Source: a virus
Lineage: Duplodnaviria > Caudoviricetes
Strand: one strand, 5' to 3'
Virus record (IMG/VR): IMGVR_UViG_3300032227_001336
Location: 1-64,000 of that record
Length of the DNA stretch: 64,000 nucleotides
The position numbers were made by a program, and so were the translations under genes. Below the pieces are notes generated by a model. That model saw nothing but the letters and a program-made list of their open reading frames with translations. It ran no database searches and was not told the DNA's origin. Shown here in pieces: positions 8,781 to 19,216 of the stretch. Positions within the stretch are counted from its first letter, which is position 1. Each line of letters starts with the position of its first letter.

Positions 8781-10213
8781 AACTCTTAGCTAAAAACTTA
8801 GATTTAAAATTAAGCTGGGAATTATCTTCAGCTCTTCCAGCGTTATACGCTAATGAATTAGTACCAATTAAATATTTCCCTAATTTTAATGTAGATATTC
8901 GTGATGAACAAAATAATCTCTTAGAAAGTTTTAAAAATATTGATTCAAAAAAAGAAGTAGAAAAATATATTGTATCAAATGAAACTCTATATCCATCCAA
9001 AGAATCTATAGAAGGCACAAGAACTCATAGAAATCTTCAATCAGAAAAAAATATTCAAAAAGTTTTAGAAAATTATTTTGAATACCCTTTCCTTTCTAAT
9101 TATAAAAAGTATAAACAAATAAAAAATAAAATAGGATTTTTTGATAAATTAATATTTGATATTACCTTTAACTCAAAAGAACCTTCTTATTTAAACTTTG
9201 AAATAGACTACCCAAAACTTAATACTTTAAAGATAGATTCTGTCTTTAATAAGATTTATAGAAGTAATGATTATTATTCAATTAAATTTTTGATAAATAC
9301 AGAGAATTGGAACGAAAGTCAAGCTTATTCATTGCTAATATTCCCTTCTTATAAAGATATTAAATTAAATAAAATTTTAGCAGAAAACGTAAGTACTTTA
9401 TGGCTTAATTCAATAGACGAATTAAAGCTATTGACTATTCCATTTGTTGAAACTGGATTAGTAGAAAATTTAAACTCTTTAGATCTTAAAATATATGTTT
9501 TAAATAAAATTCAATCAGATTTATACAAATTCCTTGGTGATTTTGAATTTCCAGAAGATATAGAGAACTTTTTTTCAAGTACTTATTCTGACCAAATTAT
9601 AAATGTTTCCTTGGATCAAAATAATAATAAAAATGGATTCTTTCAAGGCAGTTTATATTCATTTAATGATGAAAACTTTAATACATTATCTTGGCCTAAA
9701 GATGAATTATTAATTAATAATTTAAAGTATAAAAATTACTTTCCACTTTCTAATTACAATAATAAAGATACTATTTCAATAGAACAGCAACCAATTATCA
9801 ATAATGTATTATCTATATTTAATTCTGAAGATATAGAATCAAATCAAGTAGGATTATATTACAATAATACATATGAATCCTGCGCTCAAGATATACCATT
9901 TTTTAATTTTTTAAATTTAAACAATCTAGAAATTGTTGAAGTTAAAAACTCTAATGGCAATATTCAGATATTTTTAGAAGCAATAACTAATATAGAAAAT
10001 ATAGAAAATATATATGTAGAAAACTCTTCTAATTTAATACTACAAAATAAATACTTAAAAAATATAAATGGTAAAGCTTATACTGCTATATTATTTTTAT
10101 ACGAATATTCAAAATTAGAGGTAATAAATAAATCTTTACAAGATAACTTACAAGTAGATCAAATAATTTATAAAAAAGCACCAATTAGTTTTTCTTGGAA
10201 AATTGTAAATTAA
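8777..10213 (+). CDS. hypothetical protein downstream of gpJ-like gene
   Basis: 478-aa ORF, ATGA overlap with gpJ; shares TTAA stop overlap with the convergent tape measure gene. Confidence 0.7.
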   Translation: MKLLAKNLDLKLSWELSSALPALYANELVPIKYFPNFNVDIRDEQNNLLESFKNIDSKKEVEKYIVSNETLYPSKESIEGTRTHRNLQSEKNIQKVLENYFEYPFLSNYKKYKQIKNKIGFFDKLIFDITFNSKEPSYLNFEIDYPKLNTLKIDSVFNKIYRSNDYYSIKFLINTENWNESQAYSLLIFPSYKDIKLNKILAENVSTLWLNSIDELKLLTIPFVETGLVENLNSLDLKIYVLNKIQSDLYKFLGDFEFPEDIENFFSSTYSDQIINVSLDQNNNKNGFFQGSLYSFNDENFNTLSWPKDELLINNLKYKNYFPLSNYNNKDTISIEQQPIINNVLSIFNSEDIESNQVGLYYNNTYESCAQDIPFFNFLNLNNLEIVEVKNSNGNIQIFLEAITNIENIENIYVENSSNLILQNKYLKNINGKAYTAILFLYEYSKLEVINKSLQDNLQVDQIIYKKAPISFSWKIVN

Positions 10214-13200
10214 TTTTTCATTGTATACTTGCTACTACTTAACATTCCGCCTGGTCTTTGCTCGGTATTTAAAACCTTAAGAACTTCAGATTTAATTCTA
10301 TCTGATAATTTTCTATTTTTCTCTAATTCATCTCTTCGATCTTGATCAGTTGTAATTTTATCGTTTGATTGATTATTTGCGGTACTAGTTTCAACAGACG
10401 AACTCTTATCTATATTTACTGTTATATTAATATTATTAGTATTTGATACCGAAGATTGAGTTTCTGATTGATTTAATCCTGCGTTTTGATTTCCTACTGA
10501 TCCTCCATCTGCAAATTTACTTATTCTTCCAGAATTTAATGAATCAAAAAATCCTTTACCATACCTATTAACCGTATCTTTATTAACGACATATTCTCCA
10601 TCCATTAATAGTGCTGGCACATTATCTTTATATGGCGAACCACCTTTAGCATACCCTTTTCTAATAGTTGGAGTAGTTCCTCTTAATCCATAATTATTTG
10701 CTTGATTTGGTGGGCCGAATTTCATGCTTCCAGCAGAATAATCTCCACCAGCCCAATTCGCCCATCCTTGATTTGATGTTCCACCAAATATACTTGAAAA
10801 TCCTTGTTTGAGAGCTGGAATACCATATTGACTTAATAGACCACCCCCAACAGCAGTTCCAGCTTGTAATAACGAGCCCCAAAATGCGTTATTTTGTTGC
10901 TTGTTATAAGCATCTCTATTTTGTTTATTTAATTGATCTACCCTAGCTTTTTCTTGTCGATTTCTTTCTGCAAGATCTGTAAGATATTGATCATAATTAG
11001 AAACTTCATTTTGAAATGTTAATAATCTTTGAACTTTTTCATTTCTTAATTGATTCATTGGATTATTTTCATCTAATATTGCTTGAGGAGATAATCTTGG
11101 ATCAAAGAAATATGATCCTTCTGTTGGTAATCCATATTTAGTTGCACCAGTAGTATAAAAATCATTTAATAAATCTGAAGAAAATGCTCCGCCAGTATCT
11201 GTTCTTTGAGATGAAACATCTGAACCAACCGATGTCATAGCTATTGGCCAATTATTTACTTTTATCCATTCGTTAGGATCTCCTATTTTTGATCCTACTC
11301 CAAATCCTCCTCCGTCAGCTTTTTTAACTGTTCTTCCACTATTTAAACTATCTAAGAAATCTTTTCCATATTTTTCTACAGCAGCTTTTTTAACTACATA
11401 TTCTCCTTTGCTTAAATATGCTGGAATATCATCTCTTACTCCTGATCCGCCAGTAACATGTCCACCAGTTGCATATCCTTTAATAAATCCACCATTTTTT
11501 CTTCCTAATGGACTTTTAAATAAATCACTAATTCCACCTACAGAGCTAAATACGCTATTAAATATCAAATTAGTTGACATTTCTAATGCTAACTGTTGAA
11601 TTCTTCTTGATATATTTAAAGCCATTGTAGTAAATGCATCGCCTACTGTTTGTGTTCCTTCTATAACAGATTGAAATGCGTTATTAAATTCTGATTTAAT
11701 AGTTCTTGCCGTATCAGAAGCTGTATTATTCAAATCCCTCATCACATCTTGGGTTCCATATGCAAATTCATCTTGGAAACTTTCTAATGTATCCATTGGT
11801 GTATAATTTCCACCTCGGATTGCTTTTTCTCTTGCAGCTGCTCTAGCTTGTTTAAATTCATCGCTAAAAGCTGTGCCTTCTCTAAATTTAGCTTCTGCTA
11901 TTAGACTTTCTACGGTTGCTTCTATTGCAAAATTTAATTTTGTGATATTATCACCTAAAGTTTTTGTTAATTCTGCTTCTTTTTCTTTATATGTATTTAA
12001 AGCTTCTTGTCTTAATGATGTATCAGATATAGAAGAACTCATCGCTATTAAACTTTTTTGAGTCATAGCAGCAGAAGTATTTATATCATTAATTGCTGTT
12101 TGTAATTGTACAAAAGCCTCATCTGTAAGTTTGCCACCGTTAGCTACAACTGATGCGCTTGTTTGTTTTAAAGCTTCACCTAATTGTTTTGTATATTTTA
12201 ATCTTTTTTCTTCATCAACTGTGCCACCAAAAACTCCAGTCAGACCTTGATTAAAGGCGCCACCTACTACTGCATTAGGTCTAAATTGTTTACCAGTTGT
12301 TTGTAAGAAGTCTTCTACTAAACTACCAAAATCTGCTTGTTGTAAAAGTTTATTTCCAGTATCCCTTACGTTATTATCTTTGTTAAATAAATCAATTAAT
12401 CTATCTTCTAATTGTAAAAGATTAAATGCTGTTTTTAATCTTCTCTTTTCTGCAACCGCTAAAGCATCAGATGCATTTGCTAAATTTTTATATATTTTTT
12501 CTAATTCTACACCTTTTGATCCAATATCTAATGGAGATTTTAAAACATTTGTTATCTGATCTTTTAAATCTTTTCCAGTTTGAGGTAAAATTTCTCCAGA
12601 AGAAATTAAATTATCTATAAAAGAACTTAAATTTTTACTAAAATTATCAATCGCAGTTTGACTTCTGGATTCTACTATATTACTTATAGCTCTATTTCTT
12701 CGTACTTCAAATGGTTGAGCGCGTCCAGTTGATATTCTTGCTATTTCTTTTTTAAGTTCTTCATCTGATATTGCTAATTTAGAAGCTGGACCTTTTGCTG
12801 TAAATGTCGCAGATGAATCTCTTGCATCATCTAATGCGGATTTACTATTAATTAAAATTTCTGTTAATTTATCAAAACTTGACATTACATCTTTATTTTT
12901 TGAAATTAAAGCTCCAAGTGATTCACCACTTCTAGTAGTCAAAACATTAAATTGTTTAAATACTTCACTAAATTTTTCTGCACTTTTAATATTTTCTGGT
13001 TTTAAAGTATTTACAGAATCAATAAATTCTCTAATTTGTTTAGTAGAAGTTAATGCTGAAGATGCTTTTCCTAACGCTTTTTGTAATTCATTTTCTGATC
13101 CACTTGCAATAGCATCTACAATAGATTTTCCAATATCTGAATCTGAACTAGCGATTATTCTACTTAAAGCTTCATCTCTTGCTTTTGATGCAGCCTCAAG

Positions 13201-16200
13201 ATTACCTTTTGATTCTCCAGTTCTAATTCCTCTTGCTGTTTCTCTATTTGTTAAGAATGCTTGTACGTCTTCAGAAAATCTTGCTAAATTAGATGTAGCC
13301 TGTTCAGTTAATCTTTGATATTGTTCTGTTTTATCTTTTAATTGCGAAAAGGCTTTAGTAAGTCCTATTGTTACTCCTATTAAACCTCCTACGGCTGCTC
13401 CATATGGGCCAAATATTGCTCCTGTTCCAGCAAAAGCTGCTGTATCGCTTGCTACTGTTGCTCCAAATTTTACCGCTTTATTTTGTGGAGCAAACTGCTC
13501 TAAAGTTTGAGAAACAATTGGAACAGCAATACTAGCTAATAATCCTGCATTTTGTAATCTACCAGCAGCCATAGATCTTCTTTGAGCTACGCTATCTAAA
13601 CTTCCTCGAGCAGCTTCTCCAAATTTCCCTTGTTGATTCGTTAATTGTTCTAATCTTGCTCTGGCTTTTCCTCCTCCAAAAACTCCAAATGCTCCAGCAG
13701 CTTCTTTTTCTAATCCAGATAAATATGTAGCAAATCTTTCGCTAGATGTTGAAACTTTTGTAAATAAATTTTTTACTTTTTGAGTACTTTGAGCTGTTAA
13801 TTGATATGATTGAGCAATTATTCCAGCTTCTTTTTCTGCTGTAGCGAGATCAATTTCCTGTGCTTTTAGTCTTTTGGAGATTCTAGCTAAATCTTTAGCA
13901 ACTTCATTAGATAATATAGAAATATCTTTTACAGCCATTCCGCTTACTGCAGATTGTTCAAATTGAATATTTTGTGCTGCAAAATTAGGTACGAATCCGA
14001 AAGCTGCACCAGCTTTTTTTGCAGAAGATATTGATGAATATCTTGAAATTCCTTGATTTAATCCTTGTGGTTCATCTTGAGTATTATAAACCCCTAAACC
14101 CAATGGATTACTTGATGCCATTAATTTGTTATTTTGACCAATTCTAATTCTTGAGTTTGGTACACCAGCCGATATTTCTCTAGATACGGCTTGTTGTAAT
14201 GCTGAAAAATTAGGTATAAATCCTGAAGCTGCTGTTCTTGGCTTTGGCAATAGAGGTCTAGTAGTAGCGTCTCTATATGCTTTATCAATAATTTCTCTTG
14301 CTTGTTCGCTTGTAATTGTTCTTTTTGCATCTGCTCTTAAAACTGGTGGAGAAAATCCAAATTTAGAATTAAATGCATTCGTTGGTGGACTTGATTCTTC
14401 AAAATCAAATGGTTTTTGAGCAGTATTTTGATCAAAAGCTTTTTCCAAAGCCCCTCCACGTTTAGTACCTAAATTTACAGCTGCTTCAAAAATTGATCCT
14501 TCAGTTCCTGCTGGAAAAAGATTAACTCCAGCCTTTCTATTATTAGATGCAAGTAGAGATTTAAATTTAGGATCTGGACTTAAAGGCCCAAAAATATCAT
14601 TTGCAAGTTGAGCGAGCGGATCAACAAATAATTTATTGATTGCTGTAGAAAAAGAATTTTTATCTTGAATTTCACTATTTTTTAAATCTTCAAGAGTTCT
14701 AGCTTGTATTCCTTCAAATTTTACAGATCTTGGATCTTTTGTATAACCTAATGTGCTAAATGCAGTTTGAGCATCTATAGATCCTCTTCTTCCACCAACT
14801 CCAACTATTCCAAATTCACTCGCTGGCACAACAACTACTTCGCCTTGACTAGCTTTTGTTCCTGCCATTTTACCATTTTTAATTGCATCGACTTCTTTTT
14901 GAACTTCTGGAGTTATTTTATAACCTCTAGATTTTATAAAAGCATCTATATTTTGTCCCTTAGCTTCAGTAAATAAACTTTGTGCAATTTGTAAACTATT
15001 TTTAGCAAAATTAGGTATAAATCCACTACTAGCATATGGATTAAATCCATGAATAGAAGAGAATTGATTTTGGTAATTTTTTCCAGCTTTGCTTTGTGAT
15101 GGAGGCATAATTGCTGGTTGAGATAATCCTGGAAATTTTTTAACAGTTTCTGCTGAATTATAAACAGTTTTTCCTACGCCAGAGATATTCATTTCTTTTA
15201 TTTTTCCTGGTTTGTATCCACCAGATAATGCGCCAGAAATTTCTGACATAGCATATGATGGTATAAATCCAGAGTTTGCCGTGGTAACTTGTCCACCTTT
15301 TACAGAAACTCCTCTTCTTACTAATCCACCTGTGATAGTAGATGATAAACTAGAAGCTTGTGCTCTTACGGCGTTTTGTTCTTTTAATATTTGTAATATT
15401 TTATTTTCTACACTTAAGACTCCAATTTGTTTGCTTGCAATTGCTGCTAATAAAGTTGGTTCCTGGGTTAAGACTTGATTAATTTTATTTTGTAATTGTA
15501 ATCTACTTTCTGCTGCTTGATTTATTCCTAATAAAGTTTTAACAGAAGCTGCTGCGAATTGTCCTAAGTTTAGCAATAATTTTCCTAGAACTGCTGTAAT
15601 TAAAACTACTCCTGGCCCAGATATAAAAGAAGAAATTCCATTTAATATTCCTTGTCCAATTTTAGATCCAACACTCTCAGTATCTTGATTATTAATCATC
15701 TCTAAAAGACCATTAACATTTTTTAGTGTTCCTTCTATCGCTGGTTGAAATGCTCCTGCTCCAACAGTTGCGCCTAATTGAGCTACATTATTTATAGTTC
15801 TATTAAATAAAGCAGCTAATGTCTCATTTAATGCTTGATTTCTTTTAAGAGCTTGATCTGTTGCAGATGTAGCGGTATTTAAAGCATTTTGATAAATTGA
15901 ATATTCTTTACCCAAATCTCCTAATGCTGCTTTCAAAATATTTATTTGGAAAACTCCACCAACAGTTTCTGCTACTTGAGATTTTTGTGCATCAGATAAA
16001 GTATCAAATGTTGTACTTAATTGTTTTAAAATTTGTATTGCTGGTAAAGTATTACCTTCTAAATCTCTTACTCCAATTCCTAAAGCTTGTAATTGAGATA
16101 ATACTTCTGGTCTTTCTATTCTTGTAAAAATAGTTTTAAGTGAATTACCTATTACTGCTCCACCTCTAGCAGTGGTTTGTTGAACACTTGTAACAACAGC

Positions 16201-16887
16201 TAATAATTCATCAAATCCAACTCCTGCGTCTTGAGCAGAAGTTCCTACTCGTTTGATCGCTTCAGCCAAATCAGCAGAACTAACTGCGAAAGATGCATCA
16301 ACATTAGCTAATTTATTAACAATTACTGTAGAATCTAAAGCTGTTTTATTAAAACTGTTTATTGTAGCCGTTAAAGCTTCAACGCTACTAATGGTATCTA
16401 ATCCACTTAATCTAGTAAGAATAAGAGCATCTCTTGTTCTTTTTAAAGTCTCTTCTACTCCTAAACCTTGACGAGCTAATTCTGTAGCTGCTGCAGCTAC
16501 TTCATTAAACCCTTGTCCAGTGCTTTTAGCTATATCAAATAAATCGGCTCCAAATTTAGCTAGACCGCTAGTTGTTGTATTTAAAATAACATTAATATCA
16601 GTTAATGATTTTTGTACATTAACTGTAGTTTTAATTAATTCTACAAAAGCTTTTTCTACAGTATATATTACTCCTGCACTAGCGCCGAATGCAATAACAC
16701 GAGCATTTGATGCATCTAATGATTTTTGGAATTCATTTGCTGCACCAGTGATTCTACCAAGAGGTTGAGTAAAGGCCTTTTCATTCAATCCTTTGAATTT
16801 AAAATCTCTCGATAAGGCGCTCTGAATATCTCTTTCGAGTTGCCTTGTATCTGCACCTACTGAAATTGTAGCGGAAGTCCTAGCCAT
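10210..16887 (-). CDS. tail tape measure protein (TP901-type N-terminal domain)
   Basis: 2225 aa, Ala-rich helical; ELARQG, IGNSLKTIFTRI; C-terminal YATGG..DDIPAYLSKGEYVV motifs; follows tube and chaperone genes. Confidence 0.93.
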   Translation of the reverse strand: MARTSATISVGADTRQLERDIQSALSRDFKFKGLNEKAFTQPLGRITGAANEFQKSLDASNARVIAFGASAGVIYTVEKAFVELIKTTVNVQKSLTDINVILNTTTSGLAKFGADLFDIAKSTGQGFNEVAAAATELARQGLGVEETLKRTRDALILTRLSGLDTISSVEALTATINSFNKTALDSTVIVNKLANVDASFAVSSADLAEAIKRVGTSAQDAGVGFDELLAVVTSVQQTTARGGAVIGNSLKTIFTRIERPEVLSQLQALGIGVRDLEGNTLPAIQILKQLSTTFDTLSDAQKSQVAETVGGVFQINILKAALGDLGKEYSIYQNALNTATSATDQALKRNQALNETLAALFNRTINNVAQLGATVGAGAFQPAIEGTLKNVNGLLEMINNQDTESVGSKIGQGILNGISSFISGPGVVLITAVLGKLLLNLGQFAAASVKTLLGINQAAESRLQLQNKINQVLTQEPTLLAAIASKQIGVLSVENKILQILKEQNAVRAQASSLSSTITGGLVRRGVSVKGGQVTTANSGFIPSYAMSEISGALSGGYKPGKIKEMNISGVGKTVYNSAETVKKFPGLSQPAIMPPSQSKAGKNYQNQFSSIHGFNPYASSGFIPNFAKNSLQIAQSLFTEAKGQNIDAFIKSRGYKITPEVQKEVDAIKNGKMAGTKASQGEVVVVPASEFGIVGVGGRRGSIDAQTAFSTLGYTKDPRSVKFEGIQARTLEDLKNSEIQDKNSFSTAINKLFVDPLAQLANDIFGPLSPDPKFKSLLASNNRKAGVNLFPAGTEGSIFEAAVNLGTKRGGALEKAFDQNTAQKPFDFEESSPPTNAFNSKFGFSPPVLRADAKRTITSEQAREIIDKAYRDATTRPLLPKPRTAASGFIPNFSALQQAVSREISAGVPNSRIRIGQNNKLMASSNPLGLGVYNTQDEPQGLNQGISRYSSISSAKKAGAAFGFVPNFAAQNIQFEQSAVSGMAVKDISILSNEVAKDLARISKRLKAQEIDLATAEKEAGIIAQSYQLTAQSTQKVKNLFTKVSTSSERFATYLSGLEKEAAGAFGVFGGGKARARLEQLTNQQGKFGEAARGSLDSVAQRRSMAAGRLQNAGLLASIAVPIVSQTLEQFAPQNKAVKFGATVASDTAAFAGTGAIFGPYGAAVGGLIGVTIGLTKAFSQLKDKTEQYQRLTEQATSNLARFSEDVQAFLTNRETARGIRTGESKGNLEAASKARDEALSRIIASSDSDIGKSIVDAIASGSENELQKALGKASSALTSTKQIREFIDSVNTLKPENIKSAEKFSEVFKQFNVLTTRSGESLGALISKNKDVMSSFDKLTEILINSKSALDDARDSSATFTAKGPASKLAISDEELKKEIARISTGRAQPFEVRRNRAISNIVESRSQTAIDNFSKNLSSFIDNLISSGEILPQTGKDLKDQITNVLKSPLDIGSKGVELEKIYKNLANASDALAVAEKRRLKTAFNLLQLEDRLIDLFNKDNNVRDTGNKLLQQADFGSLVEDFLQTTGKQFRPNAVVGGAFNQGLTGVFGGTVDEEKRLKYTKQLGEALKQTSASVVANGGKLTDEAFVQLQTAINDINTSAAMTQKSLIAMSSSISDTSLRQEALNTYKEKEAELTKTLGDNITKLNFAIEATVESLIAEAKFREGTAFSDEFKQARAAAREKAIRGGNYTPMDTLESFQDEFAYGTQDVMRDLNNTASDTARTIKSEFNNAFQSVIEGTQTVGDAFTTMALNISRRIQQLALEMSTNLIFNSVFSSVGGISDLFKSPLGRKNGGFIKGYATGGHVTGGSGVRDDIPAYLSKGEYVVKKAAVEKYGKDFLDSLNSGRTVKKADGGGFGVGSKIGDPNEWIKVNNWPIAMTSVGSDVSSQRTDTGGAFSSDLLNDFYTTGATKYGLPTEGSYFFDPRLSPQAILDENNPMNQLRNEKVQRLLTFQNEVSNYDQYLTDLAERNRQEKARVDQLNKQNRDAYNKQQNNAFWGSLLQAGTAVGGGLLSQYGIPALKQGFSSIFGGTSNQGWANWAGGDYSAGSMKFGPPNQANNYGLRGTTPTIRKGYAKGGSPYKDNVPALLMDGEYVVNKDTVNRYGKGFFDSLNSGRISKFADGGSVGNQNAGLNQSETQSSVSNTNNINITVNIDKSSSVETSTANNQSNDKITTDQDRRDELEKNRKLSDRIKSEVLKVLNTEQRPGGMLSSSKYTMKN

Positions 16888-16910
16888 GCCTTATTCCTTT
16901 ACTACAATAT

Positions 16911-16917
16911 ATTACAC
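16911..16917 (-). promoter_or_regulatory. GTGTAAT motif upstream of tape measure gene
   Basis: 23 nt upstream of ATG; leader contains AAAGGAATAAGG. Confidence 0.65.
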
Positions 16918-16939
16918 AAATATTAACTATTATAGTATA

Positions 16940-17938
16940 TTATATCCCATGTAATTTCATTAAATCTTGCATACTTAAATTTCCACCACGTTTCTTAGCC
17001 TCTTCTATTAAACTTATTCCACCTTCTTGCTTTACCCCTGCTTTTTCAAGGTCTTCTTTTGAAGCGCCAACGATTGATGTGGCCATTACTCCATCGTTTT
17101 TAGATACATTTTTAGATGTTTTATCTAATAATTCTTCTATATTTTTAGCACTTTCCAACCATTCAATTAGCTTATCTGGATCTTCAAAATATTCATCTGG
17201 TGGTTTATTCTTAGCATTTTCAAGTTGATTTTTGAAATATCTTGCATATCCATATATATCAATTTGATATAAAGTTAAATATATTACTGGCTTACCAAAT
17301 AAATTATAAATATTATCTCCACCTAAATTAAATAAACTTAAGAAAGTAGGAGAAAGGGCTATTTTTCGTAAATTTAATTCAGAAAAATTATCAGTTACTA
17401 TATTATATATACCGATAATATCAGAAATATCTGTATTTTCTAAATCTTCAAATTCTTCATTGGAAAAAAAGCTTCCATTTAAGTCTTTATCTTTAAATAA
17501 AGATATAAACATGCAATATTCATTTATTTTTTTATTAGCATAGTCTTCTGCGGTAAATCCAATTAGATCTTTCTTTTCAGCTTTTAATTTTAATAAATTT
17601 AATTCATTTTGATTTATTTGATTATTTATATTTTTTAAATCTTCGTTTTTGAACATTTTAGACTTGTTCTTTTTTAGAGTCTTAATATATGTCGTTATAG
17701 ACTGTATTTCTTTATTACGGTCTTCAGACCATAAATTTTCTTTTAATATATACTTTTCTTGCTCTTCTAACGAGGGAAGTTTTTGATTAATTGCTCTTTG
17801 GTAGATTTCTTCTTTTTTTAAGTTTATATTACCGATGCTTAAGTTATCAAAATGTTTTATATAAACTGGTTGTTTTTTATAATACGCTTTTGAATAACCA
17901 TTTAAAATATCTGTTAATGTATTTGTATTCTTAAGCAC
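16940..17938 (-). CDS. putative tail assembly chaperone (second, gpT-position)
   Basis: Charged helical protein immediately upstream of tape measure gene; GTG start overlaps previous gene by 8 nt. Confidence 0.55.
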   Translation of the reverse strand: MLKNTNTLTDILNGYSKAYYKKQPVYIKHFDNLSIGNINLKKEEIYQRAINQKLPSLEEQEKYILKENLWSEDRNKEIQSITTYIKTLKKNKSKMFKNEDLKNINNQINQNELNLLKLKAEKKDLIGFTAEDYANKKINEYCMFISLFKDKDLNGSFFSNEEFEDLENTDISDIIGIYNIVTDNFSELNLRKIALSPTFLSLFNLGGDNIYNLFGKPVIYLTLYQIDIYGYARYFKNQLENAKNKPPDEYFEDPDKLIEWLESAKNIEELLDKTSKNVSKNDGVMATSIVGASKEDLEKAGVKQEGGISLIEEAKKRGGNLSMQDLMKLHGI

Positions 17939-18683
17939 CGTTTTCTTTATTTTCTATTTCAAATAGTTTTTCAAATTCTTCTACAGTAGAGGCTCTTCCC
18001 ATATACCAAAAACTAACAAAAAGAACTAATTTTTTAATTAATTTTTCAAAAAAACTATCAGTCATTTCTTCTAATTTGTCATATACCATAATTCTATCTT
18101 CAAAAGATCCTTCTCCGAATATAGGAACTAGATTTCCATTTTCGTCTTCTTGATGACTCAAATTCAATACCCACCACATGATAGTCTTATTTCTAGCTCT
18201 ATTTTCTGCTGTTTGATCAAATAAACTAGCTTGTGCAAATTCATAATCTTGGATTTTTTCTCTTATTTCTGTAATTTGTTTTATTAAGGATTTATATTCT
18301 GCATTCTCTTCTTCAGAACGGTCCTTATCTTCTTTTAAAGAAATCTTTTGAAAATCATTTTGAAGTTCAAATATTTTCATATAGAGTTTAGTATACTCTT
18401 CTTTATCGATTTCACTAAATACTCCACCATCATTAGTAAATCTTTTTGATAAAAGTGCTCTAGTCAATAATCCAGCTTTAATACCTTCAGATAATCTAAC
18501 GCCATAAAATAATTCAGCTTCATCAAATAATAGTCTTGTTGGTTTTTTAATGACAATTTTTTGAGGTATTTGTTTTTTTATAGTTTTTGTAACTGATATT
18601 TCTTCACCATTTTCATTTTTTTCACTTATGGTTTCTTTGAGTTCTACTTCTTTATTTAATGTGAATTCGTATAATTTTTTCAT
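17931..18683 (-). CDS. putative tail assembly chaperone (gpG-position)
   Basis: Acidic/coiled-coil protein between tube and tape measure genes. Confidence 0.55.
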   Translation of the reverse strand: MKKLYEFTLNKEVELKETISEKNENGEEISVTKTIKKQIPQKIVIKKPTRLLFDEAELFYGVRLSEGIKAGLLTRALLSKRFTNDGGVFSEIDKEEYTKLYMKIFELQNDFQKISLKEDKDRSEEENAEYKSLIKQITEIREKIQDYEFAQASLFDQTAENRARNKTIMWWVLNLSHQEDENGNLVPIFGEGSFEDRIMVYDKLEEMTDSFFEKLIKKLVLFVSFWYMGRASTVEEFEKLFEIENKENGA

Positions 18684-18949
18684 ATAGTTTCCTTATTTTC
18701 TATTTTTTCTAAAAAACTTTTAATCTTTTTATAACTAGCAGGACCACCTATAGTTTTAATAAACTTGTTCTTTTTGTTTTCATCCCAGCATTGATAATTT
18801 TTAACAAAATTGGGATTTGAGAATATTTTTAATGTAGGATTTAAAATACCAAAATCATTTTTTAATGATCTTTGTATTGATTGAAGATTCAAATTACTTT
18901 CAATAATTTGTTCTGCAGAAAAAACAAAGCTTAATTTTGTGGATTTCAT
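18680..18949 (-). CDS. hypothetical protein
   Basis: 89-aa ORF with ATGA overlaps at both ends. Confidence 0.7.
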   Translation of the reverse strand: MKSTKLSFVFSAEQIIESNLNLQSIQRSLKNDFGILNPTLKIFSNPNFVKNYQCWDENKKNKFIKTIGGPASYKKIKSFLEKIENKETI

Positions 18950-19170
18950 TTTAATGTAATATTTAATTTATTGAAATTTTCTTCTAGTTCTCTTACTGCA
19001 TCGTTAGCATTATCAAGTACTCTTTTTCTGATTTTTTGATAAGTTTCATCACTTATATTATATCCAGAATCAGATAAATCTTCAAGAATAAAAAAGAAAT
19101 TCTTGTATATACTTGTAATTTTCCTCTTTATCTGAAAAAGAGTCATGTCTTTTATAGGATCATTTTCCAT
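18946..19170 (-). CDS. hypothetical protein
   Basis: 74-aa ORF (YQKIRKRVLDNAND); GTGTAAT motif at 19209-19215 and AAGGT-repeat leader. Confidence 0.7.
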   Translation of the reverse strand: MENDPIKDMTLFQIKRKITSIYKNFFFILEDLSDSGYNISDETYQKIRKRVLDNANDAVRELEENFNKLNITLK

Positions 19171-19216
19171 AATCTTTTACCTTTATTTAACCTTTAACCT
19201 TACAATACATTACACC

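Noticed and set aside
11408-16768. Numerous short + strand ORFs opposite the tape measure gene (and similar shadow ORFs elsewhere)
   Set aside because: Antisense shadows of long genes; no motifs, RBS or promoter support
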